Origin: Dehalococcoidia bacterium | GTDB taxonomy: Bacteria; Chloroflexota; Dehalococcoidia; Plut-88900 | Assembly: GCA_965207225.1 (NCBI GenBank) | Contig: CBDBLV010000004.1 | Location: 128,001 to 192,000, forward strand | DNA length: 64,000 nt | Reading direction: 5' to 3' | Shown: positions 8,612 to 18,621 of the stretch, piece after piece | Numbering within the stretch: the first letter of the stretch is position 1 | How the letters are laid out: the number at the start of each line of letters is the position of its first letter | The notes under the pieces: model-generated | What the model was told of the DNA's origin: nothing | Database searches by the model: none | What the model saw: only the letters and a program-made list of their open reading frames with translations | Translations under genes and position numbers: made by a program

Positions 8612-11600
8612 CTAGGAAGGGTCTGTTTCCACGGGGCTGAGGCCAAGGGCGCTCACCTGATCATTGAACCTGGCGACGCTGGTCTGGACGGTTTCCTCAA
8701 AGCGGGTGAGCTGCTGGTCGATGCGAGCAGAGATGTCACGGAAGACGGCCCGGGCCTGGTCTGTCGGAGGATAGTCGCCGGCGCCGACGACCTTGGTGAG
8801 CTCGGAGAGCTTCTTGTTGAGGCGGACGGGGTAGTGGAGGCGGTCCCGGGCGCCCTTGAATCGGGTCTGGACAAGCTCTTCCTCTATTGCGCCGAGGGAC
8901 TCCAGAATTTCGTCGGAGGTGAGGACTGCACTCTCGGCGCCCATGCCCGAGGCCCGCTCCCGCCACCGGGCAACCTGTTCGGTGATGCTGCGGAGCCTGA
9001 TGAGAGAGAGGTGGGTCTCGGAGACCTTGGCGTGGATTGCCATCATCATGTCGAACTGATCTACGAGATCCTGATCGGTGGCGGAGGAATTGGGGTCACG
9101 CACGATGGTGAACTGCTCTTCATGGATTACCCCGTCAACTTCAAGGCGCACTTTGTAGTCGCCGGGAGGGGCGAGGGGGCCGGAGGCGACGTCATCCTCG
9201 GTGGTCTTGTCACTGGGGAGACTCACTGCAGGAGGGTAATGCATATCCCAGACCAGGCGGTTTATTCCCTGATCGGCGGGGAGAGGGTTGTCCTCGGAGC
9301 CGATGGTGAAGGAGGCAGCGGCGCGGTTTTGGGAGTCGATGATACTGAGGGTGGCAGATTTAGGAGCATCCTGGAGGAAGTAGTCGAAGGCGACGCCCTC
9401 CTCGGGGTTTTGGCCGGCGTTGAGGAAGATGCGCCGGGGCTTCTGGCCCGGGCGGGGGGATTCGTAGTAGGTTGCTGGGGTCTCCAGGGCTATGCGGTAC
9501 TTCTTGCCGACTGCGCCCCCGACTCCGGCTGTGGCCTTGCCGCTGGTCTCCTTAGGGCCGGGCATCCTGAGGGTGTCCCTGGGATTGAAGAGATGGATTG
9601 CGCTCAATCCGTCCATGTCGACCAGCTGTCGAAGCAGATGGAGGTCGTCGAGGACCCAGAATCCGCGGCCGTGGGTGGCAATTGCCATCTCGTTGCCCTG
9701 GACAGTGAGGTCGTAGACGGGGACGTGGGGCAGGTTGGCGGCCAGGGGCTGCCAATGGGCGCCGTCGTCGGGTGAGAAGTAGATGGAGGTCTCCGTGCCG
9801 GAGTAGAGCAGGCTGGGATATTCGGGGTCCTGCTTGAGCACCCGGGTGAAGTCGTCCTCTGGGATGCCGTCAGTGATAGAGGTCCAGGTCTGGCCGTAGT
9901 CGGCGGTCTTGAAGAGGTAGGGACGGGTGTCATCGAGGCGGTAGCGGGTGGCGCAGAGGTAGGCGACGGCGGAGTCGTGGCGGGAGGGCTCGATGTTGCA
10001 GACGAGGGCCCAGTCGGGAAGCCCGTCGGGGGTGACGTTGGTCCAGGACTCGCCGCCGTTGCGGGAAACGTGAACCAGGCCGTCATCGGAGCCCGTCCAG
10101 AAGAGGCCCGGTCCTATGGGCGACTCGGCGAAAGCGAATATGGTGGCGTAGACCTCTGCGCCCGAGGTGTCCCTGGTTATAGGTCCGCCGGAGGGTTCCT
10201 GGGTCGATGGGTCGTTGCGGGTGAGGTCGGGGCTGAGGAGATGCCAACTCTGGCCCTGGTCCCGGGAGGAGAAGAGCCGGTTTCCGGCGACGTAGAGGGT
10301 GTCGGGATCGTGGGGGGAGAAGGAGATGGGGTAGGTCCACTGGAAGCGGTATTTCATCTCGCTGGCGCCGAGGCCGGTATAGAGCTCGGGCCAGACCGTG
10401 ACTATGCGGGTCTGGTCGGCGGCGTAGTCGTAGCGAAGGAGGTTGCCGCCCCCGCCTGGGGAGCTACCGATTGCCCCGGCAAAGACCACGTCGGGGTTGT
10501 TGGGGTGGACGGCGATGTGGCCGCTCTCGCCCGACCCAACTACGCGGCATTCCTCCCAGGTGATGGCGCCCTTGCGGTTGCGGGAAGGGACGCTGACGGA
10601 GGTGTTGTCCTGCTGGGTGCCATAGACGCGGTAGGGGGTCCGGTTGTCGGAGGTGATGTGGTAGAACTGGGGGGTCAACTGGTTGTAGATGGAAGACCAG
10701 GTCTCGCCACCATTGAAGGAGACGCATGCGCCACCGTCGTTGCCTTCGATCATGCGGAGGGGGTTTCGGGGGTCGATCCAGAGGTCGTGATTGTCATCGT
10801 GGGGGGTGGTGACTTCGAAGAAGTTGGCCCCGCCGTCGATGGACTTCCAGGTCTTGTAGTTGAGAATCCAAAGGGTGTCAGGGTCTTTGGTGTCTGCGAA
10901 GACATGCTGGTAGTACCAGGGTCGACCCTGGAGGTCCCGATTATCGCTGACCAGGGTCCAGGTGTCCCCGTAGTCGTCTGAGCGAAATAGGCCCGGGTCT
11001 TCGGATTCAATGGTGGCCCAAAGACGACCGGGCTTGGCAGGGGACACGGCTACCCCTATGCGACCCTTTATTCCCTCTGGCAAGCCTGGGTTGCCTGAAA
11101 TATCTTGCCAGGTCATCCCTCCGTCAGTAGAACGGTGGATGCCGCTGCCCGGGCCGCCGCTTGACAGGGCCCAGGGATAGCGCTGGACCTGCCAGAGGGC
11201 GGCGAACAATATGCGGGGGTTGTTGGGGTCCATTGAGAGGTCCGCGGCGCCGGTGGTGTCGTTTTTGTAGAGGATGTGGTCCCATGTTGAACCGCCGTCA
11301 GCGGAGCGATAGACGCCGCGCTCCGGGTTGGGGCCCCAGGCGTGGCCCAGGGCGGCGACGTATACGAGGTCGGGGTTGGTGGGGTGGATGCGGACGCGGG
11401 ATATGTGCCGGGTGTCCTTCAGGCCGATATTGGTCCACGAGCGTCCGGCGTCGGAGGAGAGGTAGACGCCATCGCCGTGGGAGACGTCGGTGCGGATGCA
11501 GGCTTCTCCCATGCCGGCATAGACGACGTTGGGGTCGGAATCGGCGACAGCAATTGCTCCGACGGCAGCGGTCTTGAAGAATCCGTCGGAAACGTTCTGC

Positions 11601-11767
11601 CAGTAGGCGCCCCCGTCGTCCGACTTCCAGACGCCTCCGGCACAGGCGCCGAAGTAGAAGGTCATGGAGTTGACGGGGTCTCCGGCGACGGCTACGACGC
11701 GCCCGCCCCGGGGCGGGCCTATGCACCGCCATTCGAGGGTGCATAAAAGGGACTGGTCAACGGGCAT
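8612..11767 (-). CDS. BNR/Asp-box (VPS10/sortilin-like) beta-propeller putative glycosyl hydrolase
   Basis: WRCIGPPRGGRVVAVAG and many Asp-box repeats (KSDDGG..W, RSADGGSTW, RSTDGGMTW); C-terminal helical domain; no evident signal peptide. Confidence 0.85.
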   Translation of the reverse strand: MPVDQSLLCTLEWRCIGPPRGGRVVAVAGDPVNSMTFYFGACAGGVWKSDDGGAYWQNVSDGFFKTAAVGAIAVADSDPNVVYAGMGEACIRTDVSHGDGVYLSSDAGRSWTNIGLKDTRHISRVRIHPTNPDLVYVAALGHAWGPNPERGVYRSADGGSTWDHILYKNDTTGAADLSMDPNNPRILFAALWQVQRYPWALSSGGPGSGIHRSTDGGMTWQDISGNPGLPEGIKGRIGVAVSPAKPGRLWATIESEDPGLFRSDDYGDTWTLVSDNRDLQGRPWYYQHVFADTKDPDTLWILNYKTWKSIDGGANFFEVTTPHDDNHDLWIDPRNPLRMIEGNDGGACVSFNGGETWSSIYNQLTPQFYHITSDNRTPYRVYGTQQDNTSVSVPSRNRKGAITWEECRVVGSGESGHIAVHPNNPDVVFAGAIGSSPGGGGNLLRYDYAADQTRIVTVWPELYTGLGASEMKYRFQWTYPISFSPHDPDTLYVAGNRLFSSRDQGQSWHLLSPDLTRNDPSTQEPSGGPITRDTSGAEVYATIFAFAESPIGPGLFWTGSDDGLVHVSRNGGESWTNVTPDGLPDWALVCNIEPSRHDSAVAYLCATRYRLDDTRPYLFKTADYGQTWTSITDGIPEDDFTRVLKQDPEYPSLLYSGTETSIYFSPDDGAHWQPLAANLPHVPVYDLTVQGNEMAIATHGRGFWVLDDLHLLRQLVDMDGLSAIHLFNPRDTLRMPGPKETSGKATAGVGGAVGKKYRIALETPATYYESPRPGQKPRRIFLNAGQNPEEGVAFDYFLQDAPKSATLSIIDSQNRAAASFTIGSEDNPLPADQGINRLVWDMHYPPAVSLPSDKTTEDDVASGPLAPPGDYKVRLEVDGVIHEEQFTIVRDPNSSATDQDLVDQFDMMMAIHAKVSETHLSLIRLRSITEQVARWRERASGMGAESAVLTSDEILESLGAIEEELVQTRFKGARDRLHYPVRLNKKLSELTKVVGAGDYPPTDQARAVFRDISARIDQQLTRFEETVQTSVARFNDQVSALGLSPVETDPS

Positions 11768-11817
11768 TCAGAGCCTCCGGTGTCGGAAGGTGTTGAAATG
11801 GGAACGGTTGCGGGATA

Positions 11818-12036
11818 TCAGGCCCGGGAGTCGGCGGTTTTGCTCCATCCGAAGAGACGGAGGGCAAAAGAGAGCACGGCGTCTATGACGAACCAGGTGG
11901 CGAAGAAGGCGGCGAGTTCAAGGGTGAAGCTGCCGAACTTGTAGAGAAGCTCGGCGATCAACCAGGAGCCGGCGAGGGCCGGGCCGTGGGCGGCGAGAAT
12001 AGAGCGAAGGGGCAGGGAGCGGATAAGCGTGTACAC
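11818..12036 (-). CDS. Small membrane hypothetical protein (72 aa)
   Basis: GTG after a strong AAGGAGG RBS; two hydrophobic segments flanking LIAELLYKFGSFTLE. Confidence 0.65.
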   Translation of the reverse strand: MYTLIRSLPLRSILAAHGPALAGSWLIAELLYKFGSFTLELAAFFATWFVIDAVLSFALRLFGWSKTADSRA

Positions 12037-12112
12037 GGGCGTCCTCCTTGGGGGGCGGGCGCGAAGATGAGACGAGGATAGCACCGCTGATTTTGGGGGT
12101 CAATTTGGGGGG

Positions 12113-14452
12113 TCAGTCAGCGGTTACGGGTACTGCGGGTTCCTTTACGGCGATGTCCTCTCGGGGGCCAGCTTTCGACCAACCAGTGGAGAGGCCGATT
12201 ACGAACCAGCCAATGGCCAGAATGCCCAGGGCGAAGATCGTGTCGCCTATGGAGCGGAGCCAACGGATTGCTTCCAGCACGTCGTTTTGCAGGAACTCGG
12301 CGGAGCGGGCGTACCACATGCCGTGCTCGAAGCTGGCCCATGTCTGGGCAAGCCCAACCGGCAGCAAGCTGAGCAGCACCATCAGTGCGAGACCTATGTT
12401 CACGGCCCAGAATGCGAAGGAGAGAGACCGGGTATTCCACTGGGTGCGCACCGTGAGAATGCGAAGGCTGAGCAAGGTGAGTCCGAGACCCAGGTTCCCG
12501 TAAACCCCGAACAGGGCAGCATGGGCATGCACGGAGGTCGTGTTCAGCCCCTGCATGTAGTAGAGGGCAATGGGCGGGTTGATGAGGAAGCCGAACAACC
12601 CGGCCCCGACCAGGTTCCAGAAGGCTGATGCCACGAAGAAATAGACCGGCCACTTGTAGTGCTGGATCCAGGAGGTGCGCCTTGTCATGGACAGGTTATC
12701 GTAGGCTTCGTAGCCGATCATTACCAGGGGCATCAGCTCCAGGGCGCTCATGGTGCCGCCGATAACGAGAATGATGGGCGTCGTTCCCGTGAAGTAGAGG
12801 TGATGGAACATCCCCAGCACGCCGCCGGTCAGGTAGAGGATGGTGGTGAAGAAGATAGCCATGGTTGCGGACCTGACGTGGACGAGACCGAGCCGCACGA
12901 AGGTCAGCGCGATAACCGTGGTGGCGAACACTTCGAAGAAACCTTCGACCCAGAGGTGGACTACCCACCAGCGCCAATACTCTGCGATGGCGAGGTTGGT
13001 GTGCTGGCCTGGGATGAGGCCGGGGGCGTAGAAGAGGGCGATGGCGGCCACGGAGAGCATGAATATCAGGAGGAACTGCCTGCGCCTCGGGTCTTCCTTG
13101 GCCGACCGCCAGGCCCCAAATAGCGGCCTGAGCATGAGGGCCAGCCAGAGCAAGAGGCCAATGAAGAGTAACGCCTGCCACATCCGGCCCAGATCCAGGT
13201 ATTCATATCCCTGGTGCCCGACCCAGAAATTGATGTCGTTGCCGAGGAGCTGGTGGATGGCGAGAGCCTGGCCAATCATGGAACCCGCCACGACAACGAC
13301 GAGGGCCACGAGCAGGATGTTCACGCCGAGGGCCTGGAACCTCGGCTCCCGGCCTGCGACCAGGGGCGCAAGGCACAGGCCGGTAGCCAGCCAGGAGGTC
13401 GCAATCCAGAGCATCCCCAGCTGGATGTGCCAGGTACGGGCAAGGGAGTAAGGCACGATTTCGGCGATGGGTATGCCGTAGAGTGCGGTGCCCTCAACGC
13501 CGTAGTGGGCGATAACGATGCCGGCGATAATCTGGGAGACGGCTAATGCCCCGACCACCCAGAAGTACTTGCGGGATGCGTTCATGGACGGGGTTGGCGT
13601 TATGTCCAGCAGGGGGTCGGCGGGTAAACCCTCGCCCTCTGTTCGCCAGGAGTTACGTCGGGATGCGTAGAACCAACCAAGCGCACCGATCCCACCCAGC
13701 AGCAGCACGAAGCTAATCACGGAAACCACGATCATGACGGCCGTGGGGCCGTTGCCCACCAGGTCCTCTGGGGGCCAGTTGTGGGTATAGGTGATTTCGT
13801 GGTCCGGGCGCTCGGTGACGCAGGCCCAGGATGCCCAGAAGATGAACGCGGTGAAGTGCTCGCGACGTTCGAGGTCCGGGATCACGTCGTCGGGCATTGC
13901 GTAGCTTTCCCTGAGGTCGGCGAGAACAGGGTCGTCGCCGAAGAGGGCAAGGTAGTGGTCCTGCACGGCCTCGATAGCCCGTGCCCTGAGTGGTGAGATG
14001 GTTATGGTCTCGGTAGACGGAACGTAGGTGTTTGTGCGTAGCTCGTTGGCGAGCCTGGCCCGGAGGCCGGCGGCCTGCTCGTCGGGGAGGTCTTCGAAGG
14101 TTGACCCATACTCTCCGAGGGCCCAGTAGTCGGCGATCCATTCAGCTTCCCTGTGGAGCCAATCGGCGGTCCAGTCGGGGGCAGTGTAGGCCCCGTGGCC
14201 CCAGACCGAACCCAGTTCGTGTCCCCCGATGGAACGCCATACGTCCTGCCCGGCACGGATGTTGTCGCCGGTGAAGATGACCTCACCGTCGGTGGTGATG
14301 ATTTGCTCGGGGGTCGGTGGGGACTCCTGGTATATCTCGTTGCCGTAGTAGAGCAGGGCCCCGAAGGAGCCGAGCACTATGACGATGAGGCCGATCCAGA
14401 GGAGTCGGCGGCCACTAATGAAGGGTTTCGAAATGGCTGCTTCGGTGGTCAA
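12113..14452 (-). CDS. norB: Quinol-dependent nitric oxide reductase (qNor, large subunit)
   Basis: GSVWGHGAYTAPDWTADWLHRE, RTWHIQL, WWVVHLWVEGFFEVF, GMFHHLYF, VHAHAALFGVYG, WLRSIGD; 779 aa. Confidence 0.93.
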   Translation of the reverse strand: MTTEAAISKPFISGRRLLWIGLIVIVLGSFGALLYYGNEIYQESPPTPEQIITTDGEVIFTGDNIRAGQDVWRSIGGHELGSVWGHGAYTAPDWTADWLHREAEWIADYWALGEYGSTFEDLPDEQAAGLRARLANELRTNTYVPSTETITISPLRARAIEAVQDHYLALFGDDPVLADLRESYAMPDDVIPDLERREHFTAFIFWASWACVTERPDHEITYTHNWPPEDLVGNGPTAVMIVVSVISFVLLLGGIGALGWFYASRRNSWRTEGEGLPADPLLDITPTPSMNASRKYFWVVGALAVSQIIAGIVIAHYGVEGTALYGIPIAEIVPYSLARTWHIQLGMLWIATSWLATGLCLAPLVAGREPRFQALGVNILLVALVVVVAGSMIGQALAIHQLLGNDINFWVGHQGYEYLDLGRMWQALLFIGLLLWLALMLRPLFGAWRSAKEDPRRRQFLLIFMLSVAAIALFYAPGLIPGQHTNLAIAEYWRWWVVHLWVEGFFEVFATTVIALTFVRLGLVHVRSATMAIFFTTILYLTGGVLGMFHHLYFTGTTPIILVIGGTMSALELMPLVMIGYEAYDNLSMTRRTSWIQHYKWPVYFFVASAFWNLVGAGLFGFLINPPIALYYMQGLNTTSVHAHAALFGVYGNLGLGLTLLSLRILTVRTQWNTRSLSFAFWAVNIGLALMVLLSLLPVGLAQTWASFEHGMWYARSAEFLQNDVLEAIRWLRSIGDTIFALGILAIGWFVIGLSTGWSKAGPREDIAVKEPAVPVTAD

Positions 14453-14480
14453 CTTGCACTTGTCTTGTTGAGGAGCCGGG

Positions 14481-15518
14481 CTAGCCCTGAAAACGGGGCA
14501 TTATCTCCTCTTTGATCGCTTTCATCTGGCCCAGCTTGTCCACAATAGTGAACATCACCGTGGAGATGTTGGCAACTCCTAACTCGCCCAGTTCCTGGAT
14601 TCTCTCGTTAATGTCGTCGGGTCTGCCGGTGAGGTGGAAGTAGTCGATGAGGGTGGCAGTGACATGCCTGGCCCAGGGAGCGTCCAGGCGTTCAACACCA
14701 TAAGGCTCGTAGGCACTGGCGACCTTCCTGGAGTCGGAGACGAGATCTTCGGCGAGGCCGGGGAATGAGCGATTCAGGCCCATGCGCAGATCGTTGGCCT
14801 CGGGGGTGTCCTGTTCGAGAAGCGTATGAAGGTGGCCGTAGGCGAGAGGATAAGGGGCGACCTCTTCCCGGACATCCTCCTTGTTGTCGGCGACATATAT
14901 CATGGTGCGGACCCAATACTCGACTTCCGCCGGGTCCCGACCGGCCTTGAGAGCGCCCTGCTTGACAAGGTCCATCTTCCACTTGACCCATTCGGGGTTG
15001 GTGCCGATGGATATCACGCCGTCGGCGATTTCGCCGGCGAGCCGGAGCATTCTCGGGCGTTCTGCGGCGATGTATATGGGTACCGGCTCCCGGACCCATT
15101 CAGAGTGAGCCTTAACGCCCTTGTATTCTCCTTCTTCGCCGGACATGAACCTGCGGATGAAGTTCACCGTTTCGCGCATCTCCTTGACGGGGGAAACGCG
15201 GCCGACCACGGTCTCGAAGGGGCCGCCGACTCCCAAACCGACGAAGGCTCGGCCCCCGGAGAGCTCGTTGATGCTGGCGGTGGCGTTGGCAATGGACATC
15301 GGGTGGAAGAGCACCGGGGTGGTCACGCCGTGACCTATGAGGATGCTCCTGGTGTTCAGCGCGGACATGGCCATCAAGGTATGGACGTCCCGACCGACAA
15401 AGGGCATGTCGATAAGGGTCAACTGTTTGAAGCCGCTCTCCTCCGCGACTCTGGCGTAGTCGCCAATTTCGTGTGCCGACTCAGTTCGGCCGAGTCCTAC
15501 GCTAAAGTCCAATTTCAT
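14481..15518 (-). CDS. LLM-class flavin/F420-dependent oxidoreductase (Mer-like)
   Basis: GHGVTTP, ELSGGRAFVGLGVG, PIYIAAERPRMLRLAGEIADGV. Confidence 0.87.
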   Translation of the reverse strand: MKLDFSVGLGRTESAHEIGDYARVAEESGFKQLTLIDMPFVGRDVHTLMAMSALNTRSILIGHGVTTPVLFHPMSIANATASINELSGGRAFVGLGVGGPFETVVGRVSPVKEMRETVNFIRRFMSGEEGEYKGVKAHSEWVREPVPIYIAAERPRMLRLAGEIADGVISIGTNPEWVKWKMDLVKQGALKAGRDPAEVEYWVRTMIYVADNKEDVREEVAPYPLAYGHLHTLLEQDTPEANDLRMGLNRSFPGLAEDLVSDSRKVASAYEPYGVERLDAPWARHVTATLIDYFHLTGRPDDINERIQELGELGVANISTVMFTIVDKLGQMKAIKEEIMPRFQG

Positions 15519-15599
15519 CGGTGTCTCCGCTAATCAATGTTTATCTCGCGGACAGCGCACCCAGTTAAATCGTGACAAGCAGGGCGCTCTGGAGTGGCG

Positions 15600-15629
15600 A
15601 TTCTATAAGGCAAGTTGGCTAAGGGTCAA
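15600..15629 (-). promoter_or_regulatory. Sigma70-type promoter for the LLM-qNor operon
   Basis: Minus strand TTGACC-N18-TAGAAT, about 80 bp upstream of the 15518 start. Confidence 0.5.
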
Positions 15630-15664
15630 TCGAGTTCACTGAGTACAGGGAGGGGTTAGTCGGG

Positions 15665-16843
15665 CTAAGACAGGTTGAGGAGAGCGCCCGCGCCACCAGT
15701 TAGGACGACAACTAACCAGGGCGGCGCTTGCCAGAAGGCCAGTAGGGCAAAGGCAGCCGCGGCGAGGGCAAAGTCTTCCGGCTCGTTGATAGCACTGGTG
15801 AAGACGGGGTCGTAGAGGGCGGAAAGGAGGACGCCGACGACGGCGGCGTTTACACCCGTAACGGCGGCCCGGGCCCGAGCAAAGCCGCGGAGCCGGTCCC
15901 AGAAGGGCAACACTCCGAATACCAGCAGGAAGGCGGGCAGGAAAATGCTTCCTAAGCCCAACAAACCTCCGGCCCAGCCGGGAGACAGATTGCCGGTTGT
16001 AGTGCCGAGGTAGGCCGAGAAAGTGAACAGGGGCCCCGGGACTGCCTGGGCCGCGCCGTAACCGGCCAGGAAGTCGTCCTTCGAGACCAAGCCATTCGGG
16101 ACTACTTCCGCCTCTAGGAGGGGCAGTACGACGTGACCGCCACCAAAAACCAGGGAACCGGAACGGTAGAAGCTGTCGGCGAGGGCGAGGGGGTCGTTAT
16201 CAATGAGCTCGGTGAATACCGGCAAGGCTATCAAGAGAGCAAAGAACAGGAGAAGGGCCGCGCCACCAAAGGCAGCGCCACCGGCCTTCTCGGGGGTGGG
16301 ACTGGGGGTGGAGTCTGCCGGACGGAGGAAAACGAGACCCAAGACCGCGCCGCCGGCGATCACGGCAAGCTGGACAATCGCTGTACCGGTGAAAAGAAGC
16401 ACAACGGCAGCGAGGACGGCGATGGCAATTGTTGGTCTGTCTGGGGTTAAGGTCTTGCCCATGCCCCACAGGGCCAGGGCGACGACAGGCACGGCGACGA
16501 CCTTCAATCCGTGGAGCCATTCCGTTGCTTCACCACCGAGGGCGTCTACGCCATAGGCAAAGAGGATGAGGGCGACGGCGGAGGGTAAGGTGAATCCAAG
16601 CCACGCGGCAAGGGCTCCTGGGTATCCGGCCCGGCCTAGTCCTATGGCGATGCCTAGCTGGCTGCTGGCGGGGCCGGGGAGGAATTGACAGAGGCCCACA
16701 AGTTCGGCGAAGCGCTGTTCGGAGAGCCATTGGCGTCGGGTGACGTACTCGTCGCGGAAGTAGCCGATGTGCGCTATGGGCCCGCCGAAGGAGGTGAGGC
16801 CCAGTCGGAGGGCAACGAGGAGGACTTCTAAGGTGCGGGGCAC
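15665..16843 (-). CDS. chrA: Chromate efflux transporter (long-chain CHR family)
   Basis: LGLTSFGGPIAHIGYF, CQFLPGPASSQ, LVFGGGHVVLP, AQAVPGPLF. Confidence 0.92.
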   Translation of the reverse strand: MPRTLEVLLVALRLGLTSFGGPIAHIGYFRDEYVTRRQWLSEQRFAELVGLCQFLPGPASSQLGIAIGLGRAGYPGALAAWLGFTLPSAVALILFAYGVDALGGEATEWLHGLKVVAVPVVALALWGMGKTLTPDRPTIAIAVLAAVVLLFTGTAIVQLAVIAGGAVLGLVFLRPADSTPSPTPEKAGGAAFGGAALLLFFALLIALPVFTELIDNDPLALADSFYRSGSLVFGGGHVVLPLLEAEVVPNGLVSKDDFLAGYGAAQAVPGPLFTFSAYLGTTTGNLSPGWAGGLLGLGSIFLPAFLLVFGVLPFWDRLRGFARARAAVTGVNAAVVGVLLSALYDPVFTSAINEPEDFALAAAAFALLAFWQAPPWLVVVLTGGAGALLNLS

Positions 16844-16884
16844 GGGGCTAGGGGTCGCGGGTGTGGATTTGATAACGCACCCCC

Positions 16885-16915
16885 CGCTCGTACTTCGAGA
16901 GCCTCAGCACGAGCG
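16885..16915 (+). repeat. REP-like palindrome, family A
   Basis: CGCTCGTACTTCGAGAGCCTCAGCACGAGCG. Confidence 0.7.
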
Positions 16916-16997
16916 ACCCCGCCCCTTCCAGTGCGGTTGATGTGGGTGCTCTAGTACTGGGTAAGGCGCCATATTAGATTTCGTTGGAAAGGAACAG

Positions 16998-18575
16998 TTA
17001 GCGAGACTTTTCCATGTCGGCGAGGACCCGGCGGAGGATTTTGCCGGATGGACTCTTGGGGATTTCGTCGGTGAATTCGACCTCACGGATCTTCTTGAAG
17101 CCGGCGACGCGTTCAGCGACGAAGGCCATCACATCGTCGGCAGTGAGGGAAGAGGACTTGGCAACGACGTAGGCCTTGGGGAGCTCGCCGGCTTCTTCGT
17201 CGGGCTTGCCTACCACTGCAGCGTCGGCGACGTTAGGGTGTTCGAGGAGGAGGGCCTCCACCTCGGCGGGGGCGACCTGGAACCCCTTGTACTTTATGAG
17301 CTCCTTCTTGCGGTCGACGATGTAGACGTAGCCGTCGGGGTCCATGCGGGCCATGTCGCCGGTGTAGAGCCAGCCGTCCTTCAGGGTCTCAGCGGTAGCC
17401 TCGGGGTTGCGCCAGTACCCCTTCATCACCTGGGGGCCGCGGATGAGCAGTTCGCCGACTTCTCCGGGAGAGAGTTCTTTGCCGGCGTCTTCGGGGTCGA
17501 CGATTTTCTCATCTGTGTCGGAAATGGCGGGGCCGATGGAGCCCGTGCGCCGGAGGTCGGGTTCGACGAAGTCCATGTTGGTTACGGGAGAGGTCTCGGT
17601 GAGGCCGTAGCCCTGGACGGTCGGGACTCCGGTGAGTCTTTCGAAGCGAGACTGGAGCTCCTCTGATAGGGGCGCTGCGCCGGAGAGGCAGAGGCGCAGG
17701 GAGGAGAGATCATGGGACTCGATGCCCGGGACCTGGGCCACGCCGAGAACGACGGGCGGAACGGTGTATAGCATGGAGATGCGGTGTCGGGGGACGAGGT
17801 CTAGAAAGAGGTCCATGTCGAACCGGCCCATGTGTACCTGGGTGGCCCCTGCGGCAATGGCGGCGTTCATCAGGACGGTCATGCCGTAGCTGTGGAACAG
17901 GGGTAAATGGACGAGGAGAACGTCCTCCTCGGTCATGGCAGAAACCTCACCGGGGCGGTTAATGGTCTGCTCCAGGTTGCTGGTGAGGTTGAAGTGGGTG
18001 AGCATGACGCCTTTGGGGAGTCCTGTCGTGCCGCTGGAGGAGGGCAGGGCGGCGAGGTCCTCTCGCGGGTTAATAGTGACGGAAGGTGGTCGCTGAGCAT
18101 TGTCGGCGAGGAGTTGGTCGAAGTTGGGGGAGTCGGGGGCAGGGGGGCCGATGTTGATCACGGTGTCGAGGGCAGGGAGGTCGGGGCGGGCGGCTTCGAC
18201 AACGGAGAGATTACTCTGGTGGCATACGAGAATTCGGACACCGGAGTTGTCCATCTGGTGGGTGAGTTCTCGGGCGCGGTAGGCCGAGTTGGCTGGGGCC
18301 ACGGCGGCGCCAGTCTTGAGAATTCCGAAGTAAGCAATGACGAACTCGGCGCAGTTGGGAGCGAAGAGCCCGACCCGGTCACCCTTCTCCACCCCCAGCC
18401 CCGCCAGGGCAGTCGCGAACCTGTCACTCAGTTCGTCAAGCTGGGCGAAGGTGAAAGAACGGTTGCCGTCGATGACGGCGGTCTTGTCAGGGATACGGGA
18501 GGCGGTGCGCCGGAGGACATCGAAGAGAGGGTATGCCTCGTAGGGTGCGAGGGAGGGGCGGAGGGGGGTGTGCAT
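16998..18575 (-). CDS. AMP-binding acyl-CoA ligase (4-coumarate-CoA ligase/long-chain fatty acid-CoA ligase-like)
   Basis: SSGTTGLPKG, QGYGLTE, GWLYTGD, DRKKELIKYKGFQVAPAE, PKSPSGKILRR. Confidence 0.92.
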   Translation of the reverse strand: MHTPLRPSLAPYEAYPLFDVLRRTASRIPDKTAVIDGNRSFTFAQLDELSDRFATALAGLGVEKGDRVGLFAPNCAEFVIAYFGILKTGAAVAPANSAYRARELTHQMDNSGVRILVCHQSNLSVVEAARPDLPALDTVINIGPPAPDSPNFDQLLADNAQRPPSVTINPREDLAALPSSSGTTGLPKGVMLTHFNLTSNLEQTINRPGEVSAMTEEDVLLVHLPLFHSYGMTVLMNAAIAAGATQVHMGRFDMDLFLDLVPRHRISMLYTVPPVVLGVAQVPGIESHDLSSLRLCLSGAAPLSEELQSRFERLTGVPTVQGYGLTETSPVTNMDFVEPDLRRTGSIGPAISDTDEKIVDPEDAGKELSPGEVGELLIRGPQVMKGYWRNPEATAETLKDGWLYTGDMARMDPDGYVYIVDRKKELIKYKGFQVAPAEVEALLLEHPNVADAAVVGKPDEEAGELPKAYVVAKSSSLTADDVMAFVAERVAGFKKIREVEFTDEIPKSPSGKILRRVLADMEKSR

Positions 18576-18621
18576 GGTTGTCTCCTGTAGTTCATTAGCA
18601 GGCGGCAGCCATGATACAGGA

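Noticed and set aside
12113-14452. NO dismutase (Nod)
   Set aside because: Canonical qNor catalytic and quinol-site residues are retained.
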